This document shows positions 21,137 through 30,950 of a stretch of DNA of 64,000 bases, piece by piece. A program made the translations under genes and the position numbers. Every line of letters begins with the position of its first letter. Position 1 is the stretch's first letter. The notes under the pieces are model-generated. The model was not told the DNA's origin. It was given only the letters and a program-made list of their open reading frames with translations, and ran no database searches. The stretch lies in NCBI GenBank assembly GCA_965198225.1, contig CBDAOY010000008.1, positions 1,088,001-1,152,000 on the forward strand, written 5' to 3'. Origin of the DNA: Terriglobia bacterium. GTDB lineage: Bacteria; Acidobacteriota; Terriglobia; 20CM-2-55-15.

Positions 21137-21511
21137 TTACGGGTGTCCCACATGCTGTCCTTGAGCTCGGCCGTTACCGTTGCGATATTCTCTGGGTGTA
21201 ATCCTATTTTCCCGTTTGAACGCTATCGAGAAGTATCGAAGATCGCGATAGCCGAGCCTGTCTGAAATCTCAGAGACTCTCAGGTCTGTCGATTGAAGCA
21301 GTATCTGGGCGATTCGTAGCTTGACTCGCAGTCGGGCCTGCCTGAAGGAGGTTCCGTGTAGACGCTTAAACTCGTGTGAGAAACGGCTTGGACTGACGCT
21401 GAGTAGTTCGGCAGCTTCTTCTTGGCTCAGATTCCCGTAAGTTGTTATCAGCGCCGTGAAGACTTCTTCGAGACGTTCATCGCAGTCCACAAGCTGCAGA
21501 GTGAGTTCCAT
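21137..21511 (-). CDS. Stand-alone AraC HTH protein
   Basis: SPSRFSHEFK, ISDRLGYRDLRYFSIAFK. Confidence 0.85.
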   Translation of the reverse strand: MELTLQLVDCDERLEEVFTALITTYGNLSQEEAAELLSVSPSRFSHEFKRLHGTSFRQARLRVKLRIAQILLQSTDLRVSEISDRLGYRDLRYFSIAFKRENRITPREYRNGNGRAQGQHVGHP

Positions 21512-21657
21512 GCAGCTACTCCCTGCACGAAGACCCCCAGCGTGTAAGGTCCACAGATGTGCGTAGTTAGCTTCTTGGCCTCAGTGGTCACTTCAAAACC
21601 GGCCAACGATGGTCACTTCAAAACCGGCCAACGGGGATGGCCCGGGACGGTGTTGTT

Positions 21658-22413
21658 CTACCTCTTTGGGACTGGACTCGGCAAGCCCGTTTTAGTCCTC
21701 CAACTCCGAGGGCCGCATTTGAGGATGTGGCCGTGATGGAGCAGCCGGTCCAGCATGGCTGTGACGGCGGCGCTATCACCCAGTAGTTTTCCCCAGTCTT
21801 GGACGGGTCGATTCGATGTCAGTAACGTACTGGTCCGTTCATAGCGTCGCATCACGATCTCGAGGAGTTCCTCTGCTGCAGTGGGAGGAAGCTTCCGCAT
21901 CCCCAGATCGTCGATGATCAGCAGCGGGACCGTCGCCAAAGCTTCCATGCACTCCTTTCGGGTACCGTCAATGGTGGCTTCGGCGATGTCGTCGAGAAGC
22001 GCATGAGTTTCACGGTAGACGACCCGATAGCCCTGCTCAATGGCAGCCAAGCCGATGGCCTGAGCCAGATGACTCTTGCCGGTGCCAGGAGGACCGAGAA
22101 ACAAGGCATCGTCGTGCCTGGAGATGAAGGCGCCCGTCGCCAGGTCGAAGACCAGACTACGATTCATCTTCTTGTTGAAAGTAAAGTCGAAGGAGTCGAG
22201 CGTCTTCTGGGGATCGCGGAACCGGGCCTGTTTCCGACGCCGTTCCAACAACCGGATGCTGCGACGGTCCAGTTCATCCGAGACCAGACGAGAGACCAAG
22301 TCGATCGGCGCCATGGCTTCGGTCTGGGCCTGGTGGAGGCGTGTTTCCAACACCTCGGCAATGCCGCCGAGCCGGAGTTGTCGGAGAGCCCGCTGGAGTT
22401 CGATCAGATTCAT
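21658..22413 (-). CDS. istB: IstB ATPase
   Basis: GPPGTGKS, LLIIDDLG, TSN, LDRLLHH. Confidence 0.95.
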   Translation of the reverse strand: MNLIELQRALRQLRLGGIAEVLETRLHQAQTEAMAPIDLVSRLVSDELDRRSIRLLERRRKQARFRDPQKTLDSFDFTFNKKMNRSLVFDLATGAFISRHDDALFLGPPGTGKSHLAQAIGLAAIEQGYRVVYRETHALLDDIAEATIDGTRKECMEALATVPLLIIDDLGMRKLPPTAAEELLEIVMRRYERTSTLLTSNRPVQDWGKLLGDSAAVTAMLDRLLHHGHILKCGPRSWRTKTGLPSPVPKR

Positions 22414-24049
22414 GAGTGTTCCTGCTCCTGGATTTTGAGGTTGATGAGATCGCGATACTGAGTCAGTTCGCGAATGAGAGGATCGACCTGACGCAGGGCG
22501 AGTGGAGGTCGCCGCTCCAGATAGCGGCGGACGAAACGATACTCGTAGACGTGGAGTTCCAGTGCCGCAGCCGAAGCATCCTCCACGGCGGAGACACCGT
22601 ACTTCTTGGCCAGGGAGAGCACACCCAGGATGCGGCGGACCGCAGCTTCCCCTTGTCGGCGGTGAATGGCGTCACAGAGTGTGCCGATGTGGGTGCCAGC
22701 GCGGCGGGCTCGGGCCAGCAGTTGCACCGTCGTTAACGGGGTTTTCTTCGGGTTGTCTTCAGCACGGACACGGTATCCACCCCGCTTCTGGCGGACATGC
22801 TCGCGGAGGAGTGGATAGGTGTTTGGGTCCAGGATCCGGACGTGAAGCGTGTCCCACTGGACCTTGACACCCCGTCCGATCCAGCCCGGCGGTACACTGT
22901 AATAGGCGGCTTCGACTTCGACGCAACCGTCGAGATGGACGACACGTTCACCGAATTGGTAATAGCGAAACGGTTCGATCGGCAGCGGCTTAAGAGATGG
23001 TTTCTCTTCGGCGAACATGGCCGCCACCTGCCGCTTGGTCGTGCCGTGGATGCGGGTGTCGGCCCATCGGACTTCCCAGCGATCCAGATACCCCTGGGCC
23101 TGGTCGAGGCTCTCGAAGCGCTGTCCCTTCAATGGGGTCTTCTGGGCGTGCCCGACACCGGATTCGACTTTGCCTTTGCGGTCTGGATCGCGCACCCGGC
23201 ATGGCATGGCCACCACGCCGTAATGGGTCAGGACATCTCGAAACAACGGATTCAGGGTGGGGTCGTAATGGTCCGGGACGATCACGCCTTCGCGCAGGTT
23301 ATCCAGCACGATGAGGCGGGGAGTGCCGCCGAGTCGGCGGAACGCGGTCTCGTGCAACTGGGCCCAGATGCGGGAACTGGACTTGAACGTCAGCAGCCGG
23401 ACCGATTTGCGGCTGTAGCCCAACGTCATCACGAACAGCCGCGTCCGTCGGTACTTGCCCGTCTTCGGATCCCGGACCATCGGTCCGGTCCCGTAGTCGA
23501 CCTGCGCTTCCTCTCCAGCTCCGGTCTGGATGATTCCGACCGCTTCCGGGGATCGCACTCCCCGGAGTTTGCGAACGAAACGCTTGACCGATTCGTAGCT
23601 GCCGACAAAACCGTGATCCGTGACCAGGTCCTGCCAGATCGCCATCGCGTTGCGGCCACGCTCCAGCGCCTGTTGGATGGTCTCCCGGTACGGCTCGCAG
23701 GAACTGCCCGACGGTGGGCTTGGAGGGGGAGCCGACGACTCTGCCGAGACCGGATTCTCGGCCTCCGGGTCGGTGGTCACTTCGTTGGCCGGTTTTGAAG
23801 TATCGGAACCGCCAAACCCCTTTTGACACCATTTACGCCGTCCGGGTCGGTGGTCACCTCGTTGGCCGGTTTTGCCGGTCGCCGGCCCCAACTCCCGGGC
23901 GGCCGAATGGGGATTCCGGCCGCTCTCAGATACGCACTGGCCGTCTCACGACGCACGCCGGTGGTCTGTTCGATCCGACGCAGCGGCCATCCAAGCCGCC
24001 CCAATGCAACAACTTGCTCTCTCTTTTCTGTGCTCAAGACATTGCTCAT
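22410..24049 (-). CDS. istA: IstA transposase (frameshift ~23830)
   Basis: HTH start, EAQVDYG, LDNL, KGKVESGV. Confidence 0.9.
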
Positions 24050-24291
24050 GCCGACGGAGCCTGTTTCGGCTTCCCGTCGGTGTCAATGTCCCGGGCTTAT
24101 CTATGTTCGTTGGCCGGTTTTCAGGTGACCACCATTGGCCGGTTTTGGGTGACCGCCGAGGCTTGGCGGCGTCAATGTGTTTTGGGAAGCGCGACTAAGA
24201 AACGCGTTTGGTGACACTTTTCTGAATTCCGTGGAGACTACTCATCATCGCTGCCGAGACTGCTTCGCTTTCTCTTTCGCGGCGAGTTTCT

Positions 24292-24642
24292 GTGATGCCG
24301 GGCAAGGATTCGCTCCAGGCATACGTCTTCTTAAGGTTGGATGGGTGTGTTAAACGCCAATTTGACGACAACGAAGGTAATGCGTGGGGTTACACCTTCG
24401 GGAAGCGGTATACAGACCGCTTCGGCGGAACGTCGGCTGCCACCGCAATCGTTTCCGGCGTTGCCGCGCTAGTCTTGTCCGCCAATCCCTCCCTTAAAGC
24501 CTACGACGTCAAGAATATCCTCAGAGACACCGCAGATTCGGTGGTGCATCCGGTCAATCCTCAACAATGGATGGGCTACGGAAAAGTCAATGCCGCCAAG
24601 GCGGTAGCTTCCGCCGCCGCTCTGAGAAAAACTCGCAACTAA
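24292..24642 (+). pseudogene. Subtilase (S8) C-terminal fragment
   Basis: FGGTSAATAIVSGVAAL and GYGKVNA present; no Asp/His motifs upstream. Confidence 0.8.
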
Positions 24643-24674
24643 CTTTAGAGAAGCACAACCGAAAGGAGAAAACC

Positions 24675-25136
24675 ATGATTGACCAATTGACGGCAGCAAC
24701 GATTGAAGAGGATCAGTACGAACAGTTCATCGGTTCCGCAAGCCCAGAAGAGTACAGCCAATATGTGGATAGGTTCATTACCTATCTCCTTGTTGCCTTC
24801 GGCATTGGCGTGGGCCATGGAGGGAGAGGCCCAGCGCCAAACATTGATCCCCGAGCCGTAGAAGAATTGGAGTGGTACTACAAGGCACGATTTAGCGGCA
24901 AGATGAAGCAAGCCCAGTTCCAACCCACGCCAGACCGGCAGCGATACCTGTGGGAGCATGCCATGATGATGGGGCAGGCGGCACGAGGTAACGCGGATGA
25001 AGCGCAACTTGACCAGATCACAAGCGAAACGATGATTCTGGCGCGAGAGCACGTGGAGGACCGAGGTCGTGCCCTGGCCGACCGCTTTAGCAGAAGGTAC
25101 AACGGCGCGCGGCCTGTAGACTATTGGTGTTTCTGA
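24675..25136 (+). CDS. Hypothetical helical protein, possibly histone-fold-like, ending YWCF
   Basis: Strong RBS AAGGAG; the fold call rests on pattern resemblance only. Confidence 0.65.
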   Translation: MIDQLTAATIEEDQYEQFIGSASPEEYSQYVDRFITYLLVAFGIGVGHGGRGPAPNIDPRAVEELEWYYKARFSGKMKQAQFQPTPDRQRYLWEHAMMMGQAARGNADEAQLDQITSETMILAREHVEDRGRALADRFSRRYNGARPVDYWCF

Positions 25137-25744
25137 GTTGCGCTTCGTTCGTCCCTCGTGACGTCATTACGGGCCGTAGCTCCTTGAATCCCGATCTCCG
25201 AGTCCTTGTTCTCGCGGCGCTGCACACTGGATTTCGGCGAAAGGAACTGTGTTCGCTGAAATGGTCAGCTGTGGATTTGGTTCACGGGACCGCCACCGTT
25301 GAAAGTTGCTATTCTAAGAATGGTGACGCCAGGACAGTTCCGCTGACGGACGATCTGGCCCACGCGCTCCGGTGCCTGAAGGACGAACGGGGGACCACGC
25401 CCGAGGGACATGTCTTCACCCGCGATGGGCGGCCCTGGAAGCATTGGAGGAAGTCCTTCAACACTGCGCTCAAGGCCGCTGGCATCACGGATTTTCGCTG
25501 GCATGATCTGAGACACACCTACGGATCGTGGCTGGCCATGAACAACGTCAACGACAAGGGCCGGATGGAATTGATGGGGCACAAGGACCACAAGATGACG
25601 CTCCGATACACGCACCTGTCCCCGGCTTACAAGCGGCAGGCTGTCGCCGGTTTGCCGCAGTTCGGCAAGAGCGTCCTGGAGGCCGAGTCCCCACGAATCT
25701 CCCCATTGGCCGAAGAAGCGAAAGTGGTAAACTTCGGTAAGTAG
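25124..25744 (+). pseudogene. Tyrosine integrase, catalytic domain only
   Basis: TGFRRKEL, KNG, WHDLRH, LMGH..MTLRY; N-terminal domains absent. Confidence 0.88.
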
Positions 25745-25762
25745 GTGATTTTGATAGATTAT

Positions 25763-25833
<71 letters not shown>

Positions 25834-25991
25834 TTTCCTGACAGGAAATGAACTAGACTTTTTTGCATGCACTGTTCCCGCGAGACGTGTCCCGGGAGCA
25901 GTGCGGCAGCTCATGTCGCGAAGCGGTAAGTACCCTTCCTTCTTGTCGACCTGTGGCTCGTCGCCCCTGCGCGGGTCAGGCAGACCCAACC

Positions 25992-26124
25992 GCCTCGAGC
26001 GGATCACATCACCCCACGATCTTGATACTCGTCGCTACCGTTTCGCGGACGTCGACCCAAGCCTCGAGCGGATCACATCACCCCACGATCTTGATACTCG
26101 TCGCTACCGTTTCGCGGACGTCGA
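25992..26124. repeat. Tandem duplication, 69 bp period
   Basis: GCCTCGAGCGGATCACATC..GGACGTCGA occurs twice. Confidence 0.9.
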
Positions 26125-26128
26125 AAGG

Positions 26129-26570
26129 TCACTGACGAGGCAGCCCCGAAGTTTCAGAGAACTGACATACGTGGCAGGCTGTCTGCCATTCCGTCAGCGG
26201 GAAGCGACATCTACTGCACACACGGTCCGCGTACTTGGCGTTTCGTATCGCTTCCTGCTTTGCTGAAACGAGTCGGCTGAGGCGGCAGTTCCGGACTTGT
26301 GTCTCCGTAGGCGGAGGCGGGGGTGGCTGGGGATCGCCCCCGTACATTCGGGGCAGGTCGTCGGGCTCCGGCACGTTAAGCGCGATGCAGTGGCCGGCCA
26401 GGGCGCGTCGTACTGCATCGTCATCGCTGGGCAGAAGTGCACTTCCCTGGAGCAGGTGCTGCACGAACGGATCAGCGGATCACGTGTCTCTCCGAGGACC
26501 TGTCAATTTATCGGACAGAGTTTCCGAAACGCCACGGGACAGTTCTGGATTCCTTCCTCAGTCTTCACTG
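26129..26570 (-). pseudogene. Decayed Cys-rich hypothetical gene
   Basis: IQNCPVAFRKLCPIN*..RSCSTCSREVHFC / GHCIA..CSRC..CHVC, with a stop and a shift. Confidence 0.5.
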
Positions 26571-26632
26571 CTCTAGCCGGGTAGCCAAGGGGCCGGTTGG
26601 ACTAACCAAGCCTGTCCAACCATGCATCCAAC

Positions 26633-26810
26633 TCAGCTCATCGTTGGATGTCTCTCGTGCCAGGGTGTCGCCTGCTCGTAAGCGTAGCCCAACCTCAGGA
26701 TTCCAGCCTCGTCATACGGGGCGCCAACCAGCTGGATGCCCATCGTTACGTTCTCCGTGAATCCGCTCTGAACCGAAACTGCCGGCAAACCGGACTGGAC
26801 GCCCAAAGGA
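26633..26810 (-). pseudogene. Amidase C-terminal fragment
   Basis: GLPAVSV..GIQLVG..ILRLGYAYEQAT. Confidence 0.7.
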
Positions 26811-27004
26811 ATCAGGTGACGCCGAGTAAATGATTCAGAGGGGAAGCTTCCGATCTTGAAAGCCGGGAACGGCAGACCAGGCCGATCGAGCGGTGCGGGG
26901 TTGCGTGAATCAAACTCTGAATCTGTCCCGGTTCCTTGAATCCGGGAACCGTTGCCCTGGCTGCTCAGCTCAGACCTCATCTCACCTCCGTCAATGATGG
27001 CTTC

Positions 27005-27992
27005 TCACTGGTTCTTCGCCTCGACCCTCGCGACGAACTCCTCATCTGTCAGCATCGCCCCGATCGGCGTGTCCGAGACGGGGGCCGCTGTCATCGAGCC
27101 CCACATGAGCTGGAAGTAAGCAGCATCTGCTTCCCGAGCACTGTGAAACGAAGACACGGCGCTGTCTTTGTCACCCAGCAGGTACTGCACGAACCCGGAG
27201 TACCAATAACCCTCGACCGTCGGTGGGGCGTATTGAAGGACCCGCTCTCCCGTTCCCTGCATTTCTGTCGCGTCGTCTTGGAAGGCGGCCAGCATGAATC
27301 TGTTCGAGTGGTTCAGAAAAAGGTTTCCGTCCAGCAGTCTCCTCAGCTCCGCAAAAGGGTCCGGGTGATCATCGACGTTGACGAGGATGTATCGGTCGTC
27401 GTCAATTCCGCGGCCTGCGCCCTTCTTCACGACCAGAATCGAGGCCGATTGTCGTCCCCTCCGATCACCTCCGGCATCATCACCGGCTTTGAGAGCCGCA
27501 TACAATCGTTCCGCCAATTCCCCGGTCGTGGCTTCGAATGCTTCCGCCATGGCATCGACCACCTCTGGACCCACCAGGGTGTTTCCCTGGACCGAATACG
27601 TCTCACCCTTTCTGTCGCCGGCCCACTCGGGTTCCGTGCCAGAACGAACCGCGACATTGCCCCGGGCATCGATAATCGCCACCTGCCTCATGTCCTTGCC
27701 GGGGAATACATCCTCTTCCACGAGCTTGTCGAGCACTTCCTGGGCGGTGAGCCCCTGCTTGAGCAACTCGAGACCTCGACGGACCATACCCAACATTGAC
27801 CGAAGCCTGCGTCGCAATTGCTCCCACGTCGGCGTCGGCCCAGGGAACCACCGCTCCCACGGCGAAGTACCTGGAGGCCACTGCGACACCGAGTTCGCCG
27901 GTTTCTGGGTCGATGGCCACGATCGAGAAGGTCGCAAAGAGTGGCTCAGCTACGAGAAGTAGGAGCACCAAAGCAAAGAGTGATCGCTTCAT
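27005..27992 (-). CDS. DUF1028 (Ntn-hydrolase-like) secreted protein, frameshift ~27790
   Basis: Signal + TFSIVA..GVAVAS..GAIATQA; [20 protein letters not shown]. Confidence 0.85.
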
Positions 27993-28259
27993 CGCTTCCT
28001 CCGTTTCCTGTCGTGGTGTCCAGACGTGGGGATCATGGGGTCATCGAGGGAACGTTCACACGGTGGTTGCCCACAACACATGCAATAGCGGTCCGTCGCC
28101 ATGTCTGGGGAAAACTTGCGTAAATAGTAAGAGAGGACGGGGTTGGCGTCAACGAACCCGTGGCACGCTCTTTTGACATCGCAATCGTTTCGGTGCTTTA
28201 CTCGATCAGCATCTCTTTGTACAGCCGTGCCGGTGGATCTGGAGGACAAAGAAAACTCG

Positions 28260-28553
28260 ATGAAACAGGAAGACCAACCTTCACTTTCCGATTACGAGCC
28301 ACCGGTCGTTAAATCGCCGATTCACGAAGACGATGATCGGTTATTCGTCCCACGGGAGGAACGGAAAGGGTGGAAGCTCAACTGGCGGCGACCCGACGCC
28401 TGGCTCATAGCGGCTGCGTTTGTGCTGGTATTCCTGCCCCGTTCCCTCGAACCCGAGTTTGCCAGAGACCTCATGCCGTACGCACGTCTGCTGGTTTTCG
28501 TGGTCATGGCGTACCTCTTTATCCGAGGGGTTCAGGGCGGCGACACGGACTGA
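28260..28553 (+). CDS. Small membrane protein
   Basis: Two hydrophobic segments. Confidence 0.5.
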   Translation: MKQEDQPSLSDYEPPVVKSPIHEDDDRLFVPREERKGWKLNWRRPDAWLIAAAFVLVFLPRSLEPEFARDLMPYARLLVFVVMAYLFIRGVQGGDTD

Positions 28554-28847
28554 GTCCCTCCTCGGTCGCGTGCCGTCCTTGACTGTCCGGGTTGATGCGA
28601 TCGGCTTCGCCTGAACTACAAAAAAATGCGCGGCAGACGGTGAGCAACCGCAAGCCGCGCGTGAGGTACGTAACTGGTCGTAGGATACGATTCGGCGCGA
28701 CCAGAACTGGTCCCGGTGCTTTCTTCTGTATCGTCTGCAGAAGACCCCTCGATGGCCTTGTCCGACACGCACCAAGCACACGCCGAATTCCGGTTGAAGA
28801 AGGCATGTCCTTTGGCTAGAGTTCAAACATCCCTTGAGAGAGGAGAC

Positions 28848-29054
28848 ATGGTGTCTCAGTTCAGTGTCGGCGATCGCGTTCGTGTCCCCCACCCAAACCC
28901 GAGCACGGAAACCGAAGCGGGAGTCGTTATCGATGTGCCTGACAGTCGAGTCCCCGCTCAGGACGAGCGCCTCGAACCGGTCCGCGTCTACATCATCAAG
29001 TTGGAAAGCGGTCTGGTCCGTCGATACACGGGCGGCGAAATCGAGGCGGAATAA
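28848..29054 (+). CDS. Small SH3/KOW-like protein
   Basis: AGGAG RBS, FSVGDRVRV..GVVID. Confidence 0.6.
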   Translation: MVSQFSVGDRVRVPHPNPSTETEAGVVIDVPDSRVPAQDERLEPVRVYIIKLESGLVRRYTGGEIEAE

Positions 29055-29056
29055 CG

Positions 29057-29281
29057 ATGGACTCCATACGCGTGAAGACACGTGCCGAACACAGGGCGGA
29101 CGAACGTCCCATCGAATTCGAACTCGACGGCAGGAGCCACCGCGTTCAGAACGTCGAGGCCCAGTGGCGCACCCCCGAAGCAGAGTACTTCCGAGTCCGG
29201 GCAGGAACTTCCACGCTCTTCACTCTCAAACATCTGATCTCGTCCGACACCTGGTCGGTACGGTCCGTAGAGTCGTTCTGA
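29057..29281 (+). CDS. Small conserved-looking hypothetical protein
   Basis: ERPIEF..QW..EYFRVRA; follows the previous gene by 2 nt. Confidence 0.6.
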   Translation: MDSIRVKTRAEHRADERPIEFELDGRSHRVQNVEAQWRTPEAEYFRVRAGTSTLFTLKHLISSDTWSVRSVESF

Positions 29282-29326
29282 AGAAACGGTGGCCGAAGGC
29301 CGCTTGGGTGCCCACCAGAGTCGATC

Positions 29327-30730
29327 CTAGTTCGACGCCGCAACCTCCAGAACCGTGCGGTACATGAACTCCAGCAGTATCCCGAGACCTTCGATGCTTA
29401 CGCGTTCATCGTTGCCGTGGGCCCTCGCGTCCTGATCGTCCGACGCCGCCTCACCGATCCCATAGGTTGGAACTCCTGCGGCCCGTAATTGAGCGGAATC
29501 CGAGGCGCCTGTGCTCATCGTCGGAAGCGTGATTGCGCCGGGGAACATCTGGGACTGGACCTTTTCGATCGCCCGGAACAGGTCCGTGCCCAGCGGTGAC
29601 GGAGGAGCCGCCGGGCGCCCGCTCGAAGGCGGGACGATCTCGATGGCGGGGTCGTCGACGACCCGTGCCAGCGTCGAGAGAAACTCCTCCTGGTTCTCGT
29701 CGGGCAGCGCGCGGACGTCAAGCGTCGCTTCGGCTTCACCCGGAATCACGTTATACCGAAAACCTCCGGTGATGATGTTGGGCGAGATTCCCGTTCTCAG
29801 GTAGGAATTCGAATAGAAATCCTCGTTCCGGAACTTTTCTTCGATGATCGGTCCCAGCACCGGGTCTTCGATGTTCGCGAAGAGAAAGGCCTGGTCGGGC
29901 GGGCTGATTTCCGCCATTCGTTTGAAGTACTCCCGGGTGGTTTCGTTCAGCCGCATCGGCATCTGGTGCCGACCCAGTTTGGCGACGGCCTCGGCGATGT
30001 GAACGACGGCGTTGTCGGGACGTGGTCGGGAACCGTGGCCGGAAACACCTCGTGCGATCAGCTTGATCCCCCGCCAGATCGCTTTTTCCGCAGTAGTTAC
30101 CTTGACAAGGTCGACCCTACCGTGGGTGATGTGGATGTCGCCGCCTTCGTTGAGCGCGAACTCGGCATCGATCTTGTCGAGGTGATGTTCCACCATGTAA
30201 TCGATGCCCCATTGCGTCGTACCTTCTTCGCCGGCCTCGATCAGCAGGATGATGTCTCGATCGAGGGCGATGTCCGCCCGTTTGATCATCAACATCATCT
30301 GGATCGCCGCCGCGATCATTCCCTTGTCGTCGGCCGCGCCACGGCCATAGACAAAACCGTCCTTGATCGTCGCTTCGAACGGGTCCAGGGTCCACTGGTC
30401 CCGGTCGACCCCGACGACGTCGGAATGCCCCATGATGAGGATCGGCCTCTTGCTTCCGTTGCCTGCAAGCCGGGCGACGAGGTTCCCCCTCTCTGGATCG
30501 AGCGCGTAGATCTCACCGGGAATGCCCTCCTTCTCAAGCATTTCCTCCGCATATTCGGCCACCAGGGTCTCGTTACCAGGCGGGTTGGAGGTGTCGAGCC
30601 GGACCAGGTCCTGCAGTATGGCAACCGTGTCGTCCAGCGCGGCATCGAAGTCGGGAACCTGCGCCTGCACCGGCGTTGAGGCCAGCACAAGCGCGAGGAT
30701 AATCAGCGATATTCTTGGCAGCATGGGCAA
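29327..30730 (-). CDS. M20/M25/M40 metallopeptidase
   Basis: GHSDVV, GRGAADDKG, GEEG, AHGNDE, signal peptide. Confidence 0.92.
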   Translation of the reverse strand: MPMLPRISLIILALVLASTPVQAQVPDFDAALDDTVAILQDLVRLDTSNPPGNETLVAEYAEEMLEKEGIPGEIYALDPERGNLVARLAGNGSKRPILIMGHSDVVGVDRDQWTLDPFEATIKDGFVYGRGAADDKGMIAAAIQMMLMIKRADIALDRDIILLIEAGEEGTTQWGIDYMVEHHLDKIDAEFALNEGGDIHITHGRVDLVKVTTAEKAIWRGIKLIARGVSGHGSRPRPDNAVVHIAEAVAKLGRHQMPMRLNETTREYFKRMAEISPPDQAFLFANIEDPVLGPIIEEKFRNEDFYSNSYLRTGISPNIITGGFRYNVIPGEAEATLDVRALPDENQEEFLSTLARVVDDPAIEIVPPSSGRPAAPPSPLGTDLFRAIEKVQSQMFPGAITLPTMSTGASDSAQLRAAGVPTYGIGEAASDDQDARAHGNDERVSIEGLGILLEFMYRTVLEVAASN

Positions 30731-30811
30731 GAGTCTCCTTCTTGGGAAGGCTGGTTGATCCGAACAATGAGCTTATTTCAGACGGCAGGACGGGTCAAAC
30801 CGGAACCAACA

Positions 30812-30880
30812 GTGTAGGTGCGGTCTATGACCGCACACGTACCGAAACTGAAGAATGTGCGGTCATAGACCGCACCTACA
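30812..30880. repeat. Inverted REP pair
   Basis: TGTAGGTGCGGTCTATGACCGCACA and its reverse complement. Confidence 0.9.
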
Positions 30881-30950
30881 GGCCAAAGGTGATGGGACCG
30901 GAAGAATGCTCTTAGGAAATTGAATCGATTCAAACATAAGTGCCTTGGTT

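Larger units (their letters stand above)
21579..24161 (-). mobile_element. IS21-family insertion sequence
   Basis: istA-istB, multiple terminal GGTCAC..AAAACCGGCCAA repeats, 5 bp target duplication CTTGG. Confidence 0.93.

Noticed and set aside
10932-25762. Prophage or ICE
   Set aside because: No structural, replication or conjugation genes; integrase truncated
25992-26124. CRISPR or DGR repeat
   Set aside because: Two adjacent identical copies with no spacer and no adenine-specific differences
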